45,837 nucleotides of DNA from Octopus bimaculoides (taxonomy: Eukaryota). Shown in pieces: positions 23,124-37,481 of this stretch; the stretch's first letter is position 1; every line of letters starts with the position of its first letter. Position numbers and translations under genes: made by a program. The notes under the pieces were generated by a model. The model searched no databases. It was not told where the DNA came from and saw only the letters and a program-made list of their open reading frames with translations. The stretch covers positions 12,993,630-13,039,466 of the forward strand of contig NC_068999.1 of assembly GCF_001194135.2 (NCBI RefSeq), read 5' to 3'.

Positions 23124-24688
23124 AGTGAGAATGGGACTGTCCACATGTATGGGAGAGCAATATGTAGGTGTTGTGCATACTTACGTATTTGTGAATATAA
23201 GCATCTCATACACTCTCATACAGAGAGATCGATCGATAGATTGATAGATGAATAGCTGAATAGATAGACAGACAGAGATACAGAGAGAAAGAGGGAATGT
23301 AAGTGAGATGGGGCGAGGAGTAAAAATATATACATATATGTGTGTGTGTAGGTTGTGTGGATGAAAGCAGATACAGTGAACAACTTCAATGGATTAGAGT
23401 TATTAATATAGTTCATGATATCAAAAACTGTTTCATCTCGAATACATGCAATTTTGGCGACGGAATATAATTTACTTGAGGTGAGATTTTACAGCAAATC
23501 GTCGCATTTATATCTGACATACAAGGCAAACATTATAGCAAAATCAAAGGTCGTCCATGACGCAGGTGCACATACGACCGATTTTCAGGATTTTGTGGTG
23601 TGGTGTATATATNNNNNNNNNNNNNNNNNNNNNNNNNNNNNNNNNNNNNNNNNNNNNNNNNNNNNNNNNNNNNNNNNNNNNNNNNNNNNNNNNNNNNNNN
23701 NNNNNNNNNNNNNNNNNNNNNNNNNNNNNNNNNNNNNNNNNNNNNNNNNNNNNNNNNNNNNNNNNNNNNNNNNNNNNNNNNNNNNNNNNNNNNNNNNNNN
23801 NNNNNNNNNNNNNNNNNNNNNNNNNNNNNNNNNNNNNNNNNNNNNNNNNNNNNNNNNNNNNNNNNNNNNNNNNNNNNNNNNNNNNNNNNNNNNNNNNNNN
23901 NNNNNNNNNNNNNNNNNNNNNNNNNNNNNNNNNNNNNNNNNNNNNNNNNNNNNNNNNNNNNNNNNNNNNNNNNNNNNNNNNNNNNNNNNNNNNNNNNNNN
24001 NNNNNNNNNNNNNNNNNNNNNNNNNNNNNNNNNNNNNNNNNNNNNNNNNNNNNNNNNNNNNNNNNNNNNNNNNNNNNNNNNNNNNNNNNNNNNNNNNNNN
24101 NNNNNNNNNNNNNNNNNNNNNNNNNNNNNNNNNNNNNNNNNNNNNNNNNNNNNNATACGTGTGTGGGTGTGTGTACGTACAAATGAAATCTTACCTATAA
24201 TTATAAAGGCAATATCCAGGAATTAAATGCTCAATCATGTAATATCCAAATGACATAAATGCCAAAATAATTCGTTCTTCCTTTAATATATAAAGTATAA
24301 GGCCTTAGAAATAATAGCCATACGTGGTGAATTTTCTTTAGAATCTTCAAATTCGACGTGAGATATACTTAATGGATAAGCCAACGTTATAGCAACTTGA
24401 TTTTCCCTTGAAGGTATACTCATACATAGTATACACGTACAGATGATGTTTAAAAATCAGTTCAGGCAAAAGCAGACTCATGTTATCGTAGTGCGTTTGT
24501 CGTCAATTCCAAGAAAAATAATTCGTGAATCACACATTTTAGCGCATATACATACGATGAATTTATATTTGTTATGTGTCGATCGAAACGGTAACTGTAC
24601 ATAACCGATTTCCATTTGAACTGGGACAGAATTATCTTCATGGAATGAAACTAAATAATTAGTGGCCACGAAAATATCAGTTATAAAA

Positions 24689-25270
24689 TCCGAGGACTGA
24701 TCAATAAGTATCTGGACTGTTTCCTTAGTAACGAAGCTTAGGCATGATATTGACGAGTGCTGTGAGAGACCCGACAAAAGCAGAGCTAAGATAAACATCG
24801 CAGACGAAATCGTCGAATCCCCATCAGGGTGCTATCAGAGGATATGCAGATTAGTTATAGTTCAGTTCACTTCAGTCCATTATAACAGAAGATTTGTGTA
24901 CGACACACGCGTCTGTCAAATTTGTCTCAATACTCCTTTCACCTAACTAAAAGACACTCACGTTTCAGTTTCACAAGATCTTGATTGTGTCGATGAAAAC
25001 TTTTTGAAATGAGCAGGTATCGCCAAAGTTTTGGCAAAATTTGATGCACATTCTCTGTTCAACTTACTCTGTTATATTTAATGCGACGTTCACACGCTGT
25101 ACACCTTCCTTCTACGTACTGTTGTTAAGGGCGGATGTGATTTAGAACGTTGAGATTTAGCGAGCATGCAGAGCGGAATTCAAGGTAAATTTGGGTCAAG
25201 CAACTCTACTTGCGTGTTGTAGCTTTGTTACTACGGCATCACACCCACTACTTATTGATCAGACTATGTA
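24689..25270 (-). mobile_element. Internally deleted mariner (MITE-like) with ~50-bp TIRs
   Basis: TIRs 24689-24738 and 25221-25270 share a perfect CTGATCAATAAGTA core plus TAGTAAC(G/A)AAGCT. The minus strand at ~25080-25015 reads ITE*VEQRMCIKFCQNFGDTCS, resembling a mariner transposase N-terminus. Confidence 0.8.
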
Positions 25271-26041
25271 TATCAAAAAAGGTAACTCGGATGAGGAATT
25301 CAGTTGCGTTGGATATACTGTCCTTATCGCAGTCAACTAACATAATGCCAATTCATTTGATAGAATATTGTTTCTCTATTCCTGTGTAAAATGGTTGGTC
25401 ATCTTTTCAGTTTCAAATGTTGAGAAACATGAGTAGCAATGCAATTCTTTTTGTTCATGTTTTTTTATTTATTTATTTACATTATTTACATTTATAGGAC
25501 TGTGTCATTTTTTAGTTCAAAATAATGCATGTCGATGCACATTAATCACGAACTGTGTAGCAGCACAAAGACGACCGTTTAACTGGGAGACAATAGGGAT
25601 GGCAAACATACAACACTTGCATTAGAGCTCGTGAAATATAATTGTTCTCATGCTTAGGAAGTAATTCATCTTTAATTTAATATAGCATCAATAGTATTAA
25701 ATACGTGGTACAATTTTATAGAATGTAAGAGCCCAAATGTCATCTTCACATAGATAAGGAAGGATGGCTCACCAAATAGTTACTCTAATATTTCTAGAAT
25801 ATCACTCATTTAAAACAATACAGAATTTTTTTATATTAAAAGCTATACGTATGTTATTCAAGCACCACTGTCCTGATACATACATACATAAATATTCATG
25901 TGTGTGTGTCTTCATGTATATGCATATGTGTAAATAGATATAATTGCGAATGTGTGCATGTATGTTTGTATGGTTGTGTGCGTATGTGTATGTATGTTTG
26001 TATCTGTCTGTCTGTCTGTATCTGTGTACGCAAATAGGTGA

Positions 26042-26135
26042 TGGTGCGCGGCTTAGCGTATAGAGCTTTGCAGTTATGGTCTTAAAATGTTGGTTCGGTT
26101 TCCCAGAACGTGCAGTAATGTGTACTCTAGTGCAA
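26042..26135 (+). mobile_element. Degenerate tRNA-like SINE head
   Basis: GGCTTAGCGTA (A-box-like) and GGTTCGGTTTCCC (B-box-like) at plausible spacing. Confidence 0.35.
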
Positions 26136-26871
26136 CGTGTTCATACCGGACCGCTCTTGTCCACACAGGTAGCAAATATAATTAATCATCAATCAGACCG
26201 GCGTCCCTTCCAGGGCGGGGAATGTTTACATCACGGAGTCCGGGATCCGTTGCTATTTCCATATGGCGCCCGGAAGGACCCTTGATCCCTTTTCCTTTTG
26301 ATACATAAATACACTGACACGCACTCTCACATTCAACAATCACAGACCACGTATTCGTTGACGAAATCAATTAAGAATAAAAGCTGATTACCCGAAGGAA
26401 AATAGTGTAATTTAAGAACGAAAATGTCTAATCGTAGACTTACTGTTTTATATTTGACTTCATAAAATGTTGATGTGCATTAATTCTTGCGTAAATTTCG
26501 TAACGACCAAACTGTTTATAAATTGGCTTAAACTCAAAACCAGCCTCAATATTAGGACTCAGTTTACTTAGACCATAAAATTTAATACGCATCCGTTCTA
26601 GCTGCACCATGCTTATCTTTTTATAAGTATTTAACAGTACCTGGTTCGGTAATCATTCCCAACTTTTGTTGAAAGGATATTAAATGTTCAGAAGCAGCAA
26701 TCAAAGTCCGTTTATGGAAGATTAACAAACATCTAAAGAAGAAATGGATTTTTCGATTATTTCGGCAGCAAAATATTTATGCTTGACCACCCATATCCCA
26801 CATAACTTATACACAAACGTTTAAAGTTGTTCAGCAGTGAAACGGATAATAACAATATTATTTGTTAAGAT

Positions 26872-26942
26872 AATAACAATAATAATAACAACAATAACAA
26901 CGACAACAAAATAATAATAATAATAATAATAATAATGATAAC

Positions 26943-27019
<77 letters not shown>

Positions 27020-27055
27020 CAAGAAGAAGAAGAAGAAGAAGAAGAAGAAGAAGAA
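26872..27055. repeat. (AAT)n then (AAG)n microsatellite
   Basis: Directly visible. Confidence 0.97.
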
Positions 27056-30000
27056 CTATATTCCTCCTCCTCCTTCACACCATCGTTATATTTGTTGTTG
27101 TTGTTATTATCATCATGCTGGTATTCTTATTCTTATTATTATCATTATCTTCCTTTATATTATATTGTTATTGTTATTATTTTCTTTACTTTAGTTTTCC
27201 AAAATCATTCAAAACCATTGCAAAGCTTCCGCAACTGTTTGACCCATAATTACACGATACACTCATGTTTGAATTCAAAACGAAACTTTTCTGCGCCTCT
27301 TTCATCTGGTCGATATTACAACAGACACACGCAACCTGAGTTATGTATAAATGTTATGTCAACTTGTTTATACCCAAGCGTCTGAAGATTTTTTTGGTAG
27401 TATGAGCACTAAGCTTGTGACGCCAGAGTGGAATTCCTGCATTGCCCGACTGACAGCTCTTTGTGAGCACTCTAAGACACCGTAGGTGCCCAGACTCTCA
27501 CACTCACTTTATGCCTGCAGGACTGCAGCTCAAACAAAGTGACCAGCTGTGGAAAACTCTGCCTGACAAACGGCGCTGACAGGTGTTCACATCAAGTAAG
27601 CACTGGGGATATCGCAGCCTCAGCACATATCTGCGCAACTGCAACCACAACATGCTCAGCCCTCTATTCCACGGGTGTTGCACAATACTGTAAGACGCCG
27701 TGCCTTTACAGCGTCAAATCTATATGTTAGTATAAAATACACATACACAAAAATACCTGATAGATTTATGTAGCGATTAGATAAATATGGAAATTTAAAT
27801 TATTCTTTGTGCTTTTGGAGATACAAAAGAGAAATTCCCATTGTATCCGGAACAGTGCTGATAAGAATTGTTAAATTCTGGAATCATCTTCACTATTAGT
27901 AATAAAGTCAACAGAATAAGTTGACAATTATAGATGCGATCATATAACGTAGGCGATGTAAGCATTCACAACCACTGCCTGACCATTTAGGGATAGCTTT
28001 CACCCGGCCTGTTTCAGGGTGATATCGGTAACCCTGGTCTTCACCTCGTCTCAGTCTCCGCCTGGGGATTTTGCCCAAACAAGTCTCCGAGAAATTTACC
28101 CAGTCTTTCCGGCGTCCCACAACGTTTTTGGACGGCATGGACCTATCAGCGGGGATACTATAAGACGTACAAACAACCCTGTTTTGCCATTTGATAATGA
28201 ATATCGACAAAGGTGTAACTTTAATTTTGTTAGAATACTATTAGAGATGCATACCCCTGGATCGTAAACATCCTCCTTTTTTTTTGTTGTAAATGATTTC
28301 ACTGAACATTTTTTCTTAATATTCAGATTTCGATGAGCTTGTTANNNNNNNNNNNNNNNNNNNNNNNNNNNNNNNNNNNNNNNNNNNNNNNNNNNNNNNN
28401 NNNNNNNNNNNNNNNATATATATATATATATACTTTTACCATGTTTCTTGGATTAAGTATCCACTATATGTTTACATGAGGTTACATTATTCACGGAATG
28501 AATGATTTTAAATGCTAAACAGAAACTACAATTTACATTTTTTATGAGATTAAGTGCTATACTCGGGTCATGGATACTTCAAATGTGATAAATTAAACGA
28601 CATGTAATGTGAAAATGATTCTTCTTAATGATCCAAAAGTGTCGACGACAGAATTGAGGAAAAACATTAAAAAAAAAAATCAACAAATCAGTGCAATAAA
28701 ATCTGCTACGTTATTTTTGCAAATTGTTGAACAATTTTGTTTATATGATTATCTCATTATGATAAAACAGAGAATGGGAAAGTATCGCACTGTGAGAAGC
28801 AATAATGTGATTTATGAATATGTTATTGACATAACGAGGTCCGGTTTATCTGTTTCACTGTAATATTAATTATTGAAACACAACCTGAAAGATATAATCA
28901 GAAATACAGAGGTTTGAGATGAAAGATATGTGACAATCAAATGAGAATCAGAGGAACCATATTAATGATGTTTTATATAAGAATTACAACATTAATTATT
29001 AACGGATATATAACTGTTACAGTAACTTCAATATCATTGATATATAGAGCTTAGTTATATGACGATTTATTAGAGCCTGAATGGTATCAGCGAATACACG
29101 ACTATTTTTTTCATATTTGAGGACACGTTAATTGAATTACCTTGTCTCTAACTGGGTAGCTGCTACGTGTAACGTTGTGAAATTTCTAGCTTGCCTCCCT
29201 AAAGATATTGAAATAAAGCTACGCTTCATCAGCTACACCCATGCTGATTTGCTTTCTGACGCATTATATAGAGCCTTGTATTCATAAAGCGTCCAGTTTT
29301 ATTCATATGTACATAGAGTTCGGTGCATGTCACGCAATATTTTATACTGTATTCATACACCGATGTAGACCTCCATATCTTCATCGTTACGATCATTCAA
29401 TTTTTCCTATATCTCAAATACTACTGAAGACTTTTTGTCAAAGGTTTGACATGACAATATTTATATTATTCTAATGGGATCATATATTATTCCACGTAAT
29501 CTGTCACATGATCTTTATATATTTGCAGAAATGATACAAATATAATACATTTCATTGCTCGATGCATATATTTGATGTAATGTACAACTGGAAATATTTA
29601 TAGCATCACACGTGTCCCCCAATACTCATATTTTAATAGGCCCTCTGTATTTCGGTGATATAATTTAACCAATCCACACCAGTATTCTGGCTTGGCAGAA
29701 TCTTGTCTCACCGTATATGTTCAAGCAAATTATTTTCGATTCGAACACCACACAGGATAATTTGCAGCAAGTTCTTTCGACAGTGATATAATAGAAGACT
29801 TCAGGGAAACATGGCGATCCTACGAAATACATGCTGAAGTATAAGGCATCGGATATTTACGATGTCTGTTTTTGTTAGTTCCCTGCGATTGTAAAAGTAA
29901 AAATAAATCAATGGTCTTGTTTCCTTTTTGTTTGTTAATTCGATTTGATGCAAATGTTTCGCATACAATTGCAACAAATAAGGAACATGGAAGATGATGA

Positions 30001-30085
30001 ATTTTAATATAGAATGCTAAGTGCCAGGCAGCACAGAGCATTAAATGTTAGTCGAGCCAGAAAGAAATTAAAACCTAAAGGTTTA

Positions 30086-30733
30086 TACAGTTCTATATTT
30101 CATAGATAAGGAATTACGTACATTACTTACATTATTTACGTTGAGCATGTCCCTTGGTGGCTGAGGATATGTGCATCTCTGATCATGAGCAGAAGTAATG
30201 GGGGAGAATCATAACCATGTGGTGAGAGGAATTCTTTGGGGTTTGAATAATTCAACTTTGGAAATGGGTGTTTTGTTCAGCATACTTAAACAAATCTTAT
30301 TCAGGGACCTTTTCAGTGGGATGGACTACTCAGCCTGAAGAACATTCTAACTGGGCCCCATCTGCGAGGTCATGCGCTTGTTATCTTGATATGAGATCAC
30401 GATGTCGCGCACATATGGTTGTGATGCATGTGCCTGGTGTACCCTTATCAGACGGGTAGTCATGATGGGTATAACTGGCTTCGTATATTTTACCCCAGTG
30501 TCACTTTGATGGCATGCACTGCACTCTCGTTCAATAATAACAATAAATAATAATAATAATAATAATAATAACAACAAAAACATCGAGAAATACCTTAGGA
30601 ATGAGACCCAGCTTTGAAATTTCTCCCAATACACCTGATGAAATATGTAGGTTATATCAGCCGAAAGGTAGTGTTAACTACAAAGAAGAAGAGAAAAAAA
30701 TGTCCGTGAAATGTAAATAATGTAAATAATGTA
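30086..30733 (+). mobile_element. 5'-inverted non-autonomous PLE-related element with a 3' HHR and degenerate TSD
   Basis: Inverted terminus 30086-30142, body 30143-30535, (AAT)n, HHR-bearing terminus, then a TGTAAATAA-repeat tail. Flanks CTAAAGGTTTA (30075-85) and CTAACGGTGTA (30734-44) match 9/11. Confidence 0.8.
30631..30675 (+). ncRNA. Degenerate minimal type I HHR motif (same family as 441-487)
   Basis: ACAC-CTGATGA (30635-41)...CAGCC-GAAA (30663-66)-GGTA-GTGT. Stem I is an intact 4 bp; stem II and the palindrome are mutated. Confidence 0.55.
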
Positions 30734-32490
30734 CTAACGGTGTATTATTAACGACTGAATGTGTGTTTTTAAAAGAAACTTATCAAACTGTTTCATCCTA
30801 TACTATAATATCAACCTGATATTGCTACCCTACTTACGTAGTTCCATGTGCACGAGTATAGGAATAGAACGATAGAAGCACAGACACGCTATCACGCAAA
30901 TATACATAATTTAATCGAAGGTTTCAACTGAGCCATTGATACAAGCGGAGAAAAACTGCGTAGTTTATGGAATATCGATATGTTTCATAGTAGTAACAAA
31001 TAAAATTGCCTAATCTGTAAAATTATCTAATCCTCATTGGAAATAAGAGCAAATCGTATACGGATTTCAAGTGAAACTGTTAATCTACAACAGGATTGCA
31101 CCAAGACTTTTGTAATGGATATTTCATAGACGCATTCAACCATATATCTAGTAATAGTAAAATCAAAATGAGAGCGCTCAGAATTAGTATTTAGTTAGCA
31201 GGCATAACTCCATTAGATAATAGCGAAAGGAAGTACATAACCCTACACAGATTAAGAAATAAATACACCCTACTCATTATAGGAACCGATGTTATAAAAC
31301 ATACAATTATTAAGTAGTTTACCTGTACTGTCAATAAAAAAAGCCGATAACTCATACGATATAGTTTTCCACTGTAAGTGGATGATGTGAAATGAGTTCG
31401 TATTGTGCTGAAGTAATCAATGAGGTAATTGGTATGAAGATAAACGATGCCAACATGATAACTAGTTTATTCGAATAATGACTCTATACCCACGCTGATA
31501 TTTTCTAGAAATGAGAGGTGTGCTTGATCACAACATTAAAAGAGAAATATGGTACGGACCTTACCTGACTCAATCCTTTCCCTAATTGTTTAAACCACGT
31601 AAATGCTAATAGAAATCTTGGATTCTGCATGAAATGAACAAGAAATATTTTCGGACACATACACAATTATAGGACTATAAATGTGTGTATTTTCGACATT
31701 AAACACCAGCACTTACGAGAGGAAATTTCCATGTTAAACAAATAATTTACTAGTGAATCTCCTAGAAATGAGTCAAAGAAACACAAGGAAATAACTTATT
31801 CAAACAATTACTTTTCCCCAAATTTCTGACTTTTTTTCTTTTTCTTTCCTTCTGTCTTAATTTATTCCTTCAGCACCTTCTCTTTAATTTCTTCCTTCTT
31901 CATGTTCCTACAGTTTTCTTTTTTCCATTTATTCAAGCTTCCTTTCACTCTATTTTCTTTCATTTGTATCCCTCATTCGTTCTTTTGCGATTTTGCAAAC
32001 TATATAACTCCATTCCTTTGATGTGAGTCAGTGATTGATTTATTGCTTTCGCTTTTCTTCTACCGAGGCAGGATCTTTAGGGGATAAAATATTGAGAATC
32101 CTTGCAAGTGCGAACACATCAATCTAAATTTTGGAAATCAATATTGGTATTAAGTGATCGTACGCAATGCTCTTCAAGCTTTCATAGTGACACTTGTTAA
32201 AAATCATGGAGGTTGCCTGGAAATCCTCAGGAAGACTGATGATTATACGCATAGAAACAGCAGGATTTTCTGCATAAAAATTGGTCAACTGACACAGGTG
32301 GAATGAATGTAAACTTCCTTCAGTATAAGTTGAACATAGAAATGTCGTAGGTATATTCCCAAATAATACACGCATAGAGACGAATACGTATATGTGTGCA
32401 ACTCTATCTCTATAAGTATATATATCTATACATATATGTGTGCATGTGTGCGTGTGCATGTGCGTGTGCGTGTTTGAGTTTGTGTGTGAG

Positions 32491-32630
32491 GGTGCATGGC
32501 TTAGTGGTGAGGGTACTGCACTTGAGATCTAGCCATTATAGTTTCTATTCCTAGAGAGATGATACGTTGAGCTATTGAGCAAAACACGTCAATCTGCACT
32601 GTTCTCCGATCACTCTACCAAGTATATATA
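32491..32630 (+). mobile_element. Degenerate tRNA-derived SINE (third family)
   Basis: TGGCTTAGTGG A-box at 32497-32507, a decayed B-box near 32540, and a downstream TTGAGCAAAACAC block. Confidence 0.5.
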
Positions 32631-35600
32631 AAGATGCATATCAGATAAATAATAAATCGTATGGTTTATACCTGGTGGCTTACCGGCAATACACGTTTAC
32701 CTTCACAGTGTTCATTGTGCATCTGTATTTATGAGAGACAGAAGATGAAAGATATGAAAATTTTATTAATCTCTATAGTATTTGATGGGTAGATGGGTCG
32801 AAACGCAGTAATCAATAAAATGTCCCGTATATAACATTATCCGTCTCTCAAATTAACCACGTATATATAAATAAATATATATATATATANNNNNNNNNNN
32901 NNNNNNNNNNNNNNNNNNNNNNNNNNNNNNNNNNNNNNNNNNNNNNNNNNNNNNNNNNNNNNNNNNNNNNNNNNNNNNNNNNNNNNNNNNNNNNNNNNNN
33001 NNNNNNNNNNNNNNNNNNNNNNNNNNNNNNNNNNNNNNNNNNNNNNNNNNNNNNNNNNNNNNNNNNNNNNNNNNNNNNNNNNNNNNNNNNNNNNNNNNNN
33101 NNNNNNNNNNNNNNNNNNNNNNNNNNNNNNNNNNNNNNNNNNNNNNNNNNNNNNNNNNNNNNNNNNNNNNNNNNNNNNNNNNNNNNNNNNNNNNNNNNNN
33201 NNNNNNNNNNNNNNNNNNNNNNNNNNNNNNNNNNNNNNNNNNNNNNNNNNNNNNNNNNNNNNNNNNNNNNNNNNNNNNNNNNNNNNNNNNNNNNNNNNNN
33301 NNNNNNNNNNNNNNNNNNNNNNNNNNNNNNNNNNNNNNNNNNNNNNNNNNNNNNNNNNNNNNNNNNNNNNNNNNNNNNNNNNNNNNNNNNNNNNNNNNNN
33401 NNNNNNNNNTTGAAAGACATCACACTGCACTATTACTTCCCTCCGCGCCGTAAATTCTCGTTCCTAAATTAAATACTAACTACGCGGATTCTTATTATCT
33501 TATTTCATTTGATAAATAGATAAACTACGATTCAATGATGACAATGAAATTACTGATTAGTCATTCTTCTTGCAGCAATACTAGAACTCGTATCGTTAAT
33601 TGTAGTATTGTAGTAACCCAGTACTGTAGAACTACTGCTTTGTCAACAGCGTAGTATGGAAATAGGATATGTTGGCATATTTCCTCTGTATTGATTCGCT
33701 TACGAGTTTCATTTTTGAATCTGTTGCTAATTGTTTGTTATCTTTTCTAGACTGTCTAGAATATCCTACGTTTCTCATTTTTTTCAGGGGTGGGGTCGAT
33801 TATGCGTTGCTTGGATTGTATTATATATTATTCGGTAGTGCATGTCTTAATTATAAGACGGAGGATCTTTTCCTTATGGTGACAACATGGCAGTTTTATC
33901 TATGTTCCGTTATATTAGATTCTTTCAATATGTGCAGTGACTCTATATGCATATATATTCCACGAAATTCTTGGTCACTGAGCTGCCAGGTTGCTTCAAC
34001 TAAATATTAATACACGTTTTTATACTTGCTTTATATTTTAAGAATTTATGAACCTCACCTGCTTTTCCTCGTTTTGTTTTCTATACGACGCACAATTGCT
34101 GACAACTTTTTTATATATACGGTGCTTTCAGTAGATATCTTGTGAAAGCGTCAAATACTTTTAAAAACATTTTTCTTTTTTAAATACAAAGGTTAAAGTA
34201 TATAAAAAACAATTCCGGTGAATCTTACGTTTTAATCTTCGCGAAAAAAATAAAGCGGTGACTCTCCAGTGTTTGTATTTTTATAATTCTCACATATTTT
34301 TAAAATTTATTCTTAAAATGATCCTCTGGATAAAATCACATTATGGACATTATGGTTCGGGGACATTACTGCATATGACATGACTTTTTCATATTAGATA
34401 TTTTGAATGTGTTAAAAACAGGCAATTAAATACATTATAGTTAAGCTGTGTATAACGTTTATTGTATAACTTTTATTGCGGTGTATTCGCTTGTGTTGTC
34501 ACTCAATTTTTGTGTGTCAAGGTATTGGCTACTACGGCTTCGCGCACTAACATGGATTTTAATCTTTAAATCTTCGCTGTTTTGTTGGATTGGACTGCTT
34601 ATGTTTCATTTATTCGTATTTATTCTTAGGAAAATATAGTGTTATGTGTAAGCATCTACTTCTAGAATTTCATTATTGCTTTTAATATTATATTGAAATT
34701 TCAGTATCGGATGGTACGCCGAATGAATCGGTAGATCTCAGCAACCCACTTTCAAATCTCACGTAAAATAAACTAGATATCTACGATGCTAAAAATTTGA
34801 GCAAGTATATGCATTCATTGTAATGTCTATGTTCCCTTAAATATTTAGCAATTCGTATTGTGGCTAATAGACATAATCGATATAATTTTATTTTTATGGT
34901 CCTACATCTCTGAAAACTTTCCGTCTGCTTTTAAACAAAGAAAAAAATAATCAAATGAATTTTAGAATCCTCTGTTTTTATATGTTGATAGAAATAATAT
35001 TCATATATGCATATTATGTATTAATATATTCAGTTTATTAATTGTATTTTTATAAAATACGTAGACAATGCCAGTGGCAATGTCTTGACCCTTTAGGCTA
35101 TGAATATTACTATTACCAATGTGTTTGTAGCGTTTTGTGATAATGTATATTTCTGATGGCGCTCCGATGTGCCCTGAAGCACGGAAGATTTAATCTACTA
35201 ACCTCGGTCAAACTAAGTGAAGCTTAGGTACTGTTGTAGTTGCTGTGTTGAATGAATTGTGTTGCTTATGATATGCAACTCTGTAAAAAATTGATTCAAC
35301 AGTTTCAGAATCATGCGATTTACTGTTTATAGAATTTATGTTTTTTGTATTTATGTATTCAAAGAGTTTTTTGTTAAGTTTAAAATTGTAGATACCATTT
35401 AATTTTAGCTATACTTGGAAGAGAACTTCATAGAGCTTCCAAATTTGAGGAGTTGCGTTCGTAGGCTTTTTCCATACGAGATGGGTTTTCATGGTATGTA
35501 ACGATATGAGAAAGCATACACAATTACAAAATCACTTTTCTGATAAACTATAAGTACTTCTTTTCATTTCAGGAGAACAATTTCTTATATATTTAAGATA

Positions 35601-37193
35601 AGCTTAGTCTTAGCTTCGTTAAGCTTGTAAATACAACAGCAGAACCTTACAGAGACAGATTAATTCTACTGTTTTCAAATCAGATATACACTTAGCCAAC
35701 GCTAAACATGTTTCCTCTTTTTGAATAAGTCATGAATGGGATAGGAGAACAAAGAAGTAATTGAAATTAACGTTCACAGTGAAAGTAATTTCACTGTTTA
35801 TGGAGTTTTATAATTATAAACATTACACGGGAAATTAATGCATTAAGCAGAAGGCTATTTTTCTTAGAGTTGTGGCTGGTCACAGTTTGCAATGCATATA
35901 AATATACAGAAGATTTAGTAAAAAAAAAATACGGGTTATGACGCAGGAGTATTGACACATATTCCAACGTAAAGATGAACATGAACACAAACGTTTCCTC
36001 TATACCGACATATTCTCTATAACTTCATAAAGTCTCTGAAATCCTGCAATCGGCTAGGAGCAAACCATTCCCGCACTATAAAATAGAAAGTAGCAAAGAA
36101 AATAAGTGTTGACGTAAATATTGATGTCATATGCATATTCAAGCCGTTTGAATTATCCATATATTAATGTATATATTCCATTTCATTACTAAATATAACA
36201 GAAAATTACAAAATATGAACAATTAAACTCATTGGATGTCTTCCTAATACTGGACATTTCCCGAATTTGGCAGATCATTAATGACAATAATCTCTTCAGA
36301 AAACAGAGTTGCAATTCTAAATAGACTAAACCAATACCCCAGGTCTCCATGCATTGATGTTATTCCGCGTTAGAAATATAATAGTTATGGTAAATTTAAG
36401 TCTGTATTGAGATATATAATTCATTATACAGAGTATAGATAAGTGTCTACACCTGAAAAAACATATATATAAAATATAACATTTTCAATACAAATTACTG
36501 CAGTCATCAAACCAGTCTCATATGAATAATAAGAATTATAAAAACCTACCATAATGTAGTGGTGGTGAATATGGTATTATTCTGCTGCAATATATTACTC
36601 TTCGAACGTAAGATATATAAAATATATAATACAATTTCCATTACGCTATGATTAACTTCAGATGGACATATATCCAAAGTGGTTTAATTATTTTTGTTTG
36701 TCAAATCTGCAGGTATACTAATAAAGTGGTTTATTTGTAGATACATACATATACATGTGTACGCATGTCTGTGTGTGTATATATATATATATNNNNNNNN
36801 NNNNNNNNNNNNNNNNNNNNNNNNNNNNNNNNNNNNNNNNNNNNNNNNNNNNNNNNNNNNNNNNNNNNNNNNNNNNNNNNNNNNNNNNNNNNNNNNNNNN
36901 NNNNNNNNNNNNNNNNNNNNNNNNNNNNNNNNNNNNNNNNNNNNNNNNNNNNNNNNNNNNNNNNNNNNNNNNNNNNNNNNNNNNNNNNNNNNNNNNNNNN
37001 NNNNNNNNNNNNNTATATATATACATAACTATACACACGCACGCTCACACACGTCTACATGTATTTGTGTGTGTATATGAATATGTATGTATATACATAT
37101 ACTTATATGCGCGCGCGTGTATTCTTTTATGCTTGTATTCGAAATACCCATGCGGTTGTAGACACGCTGGAGCAGCACTGTGATTTTCCACTT

Positions 37194-37348
37194 TTACATA
37201 TAAATCTTCTGCAGCTGAGTTCCCGAAGGTCGTATGATTTCATATCTCCATTCTTCTATTTGTTTTCTTCGTGGTCGTAGGCCATTTTGGTGCATGGGTT
37301 GACTCACTGTCACCATTCGTAAATCTGGTTGGACCGCTGGTTCATCTA
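37194..37348 (-). CDS. Candidate terminal coding exon of an unidentified host gene
   Basis: Branch-like TACTAAT, pyrimidine tract and CAG acceptor (in-frame NAGNAG). Phase-1 frame xDEPAVQPDLRMVTVSQPMHQNGLRPRRKQIEEWRYEIIRPSGTQLQKIYM* is open to TAA at 37196-37194. GC looks locally higher. No homology recognised. Confidence 0.3.
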
Positions 37349-37441
37349 CTGTTGTGGAAACAAGAATAGGTCTTCAATTAGTAACTGCCCTTCCACAGTT
37401 TTCGGTATGTACAGCATGTTTACATATCAGCGAAGTGTGTT

Positions 37442-37481
<40 letters not shown>

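Noticed and set aside
29205-29235. Minus-strand CTGATGAAGCGTAGC as an HHR
   Set aside because: No GAAA box or stem I partner follows.
32780-32812. TTGATGGGTAGATGGGTCGAAACGCAGTA as an HHR remnant
   Set aside because: The core and stems are too decayed to support.
35064-35084. Short palindrome GACAATGCCAGTGGCAATGTC
   Set aside because: 10-bp imperfect arms are not unexpected in 45 kb.
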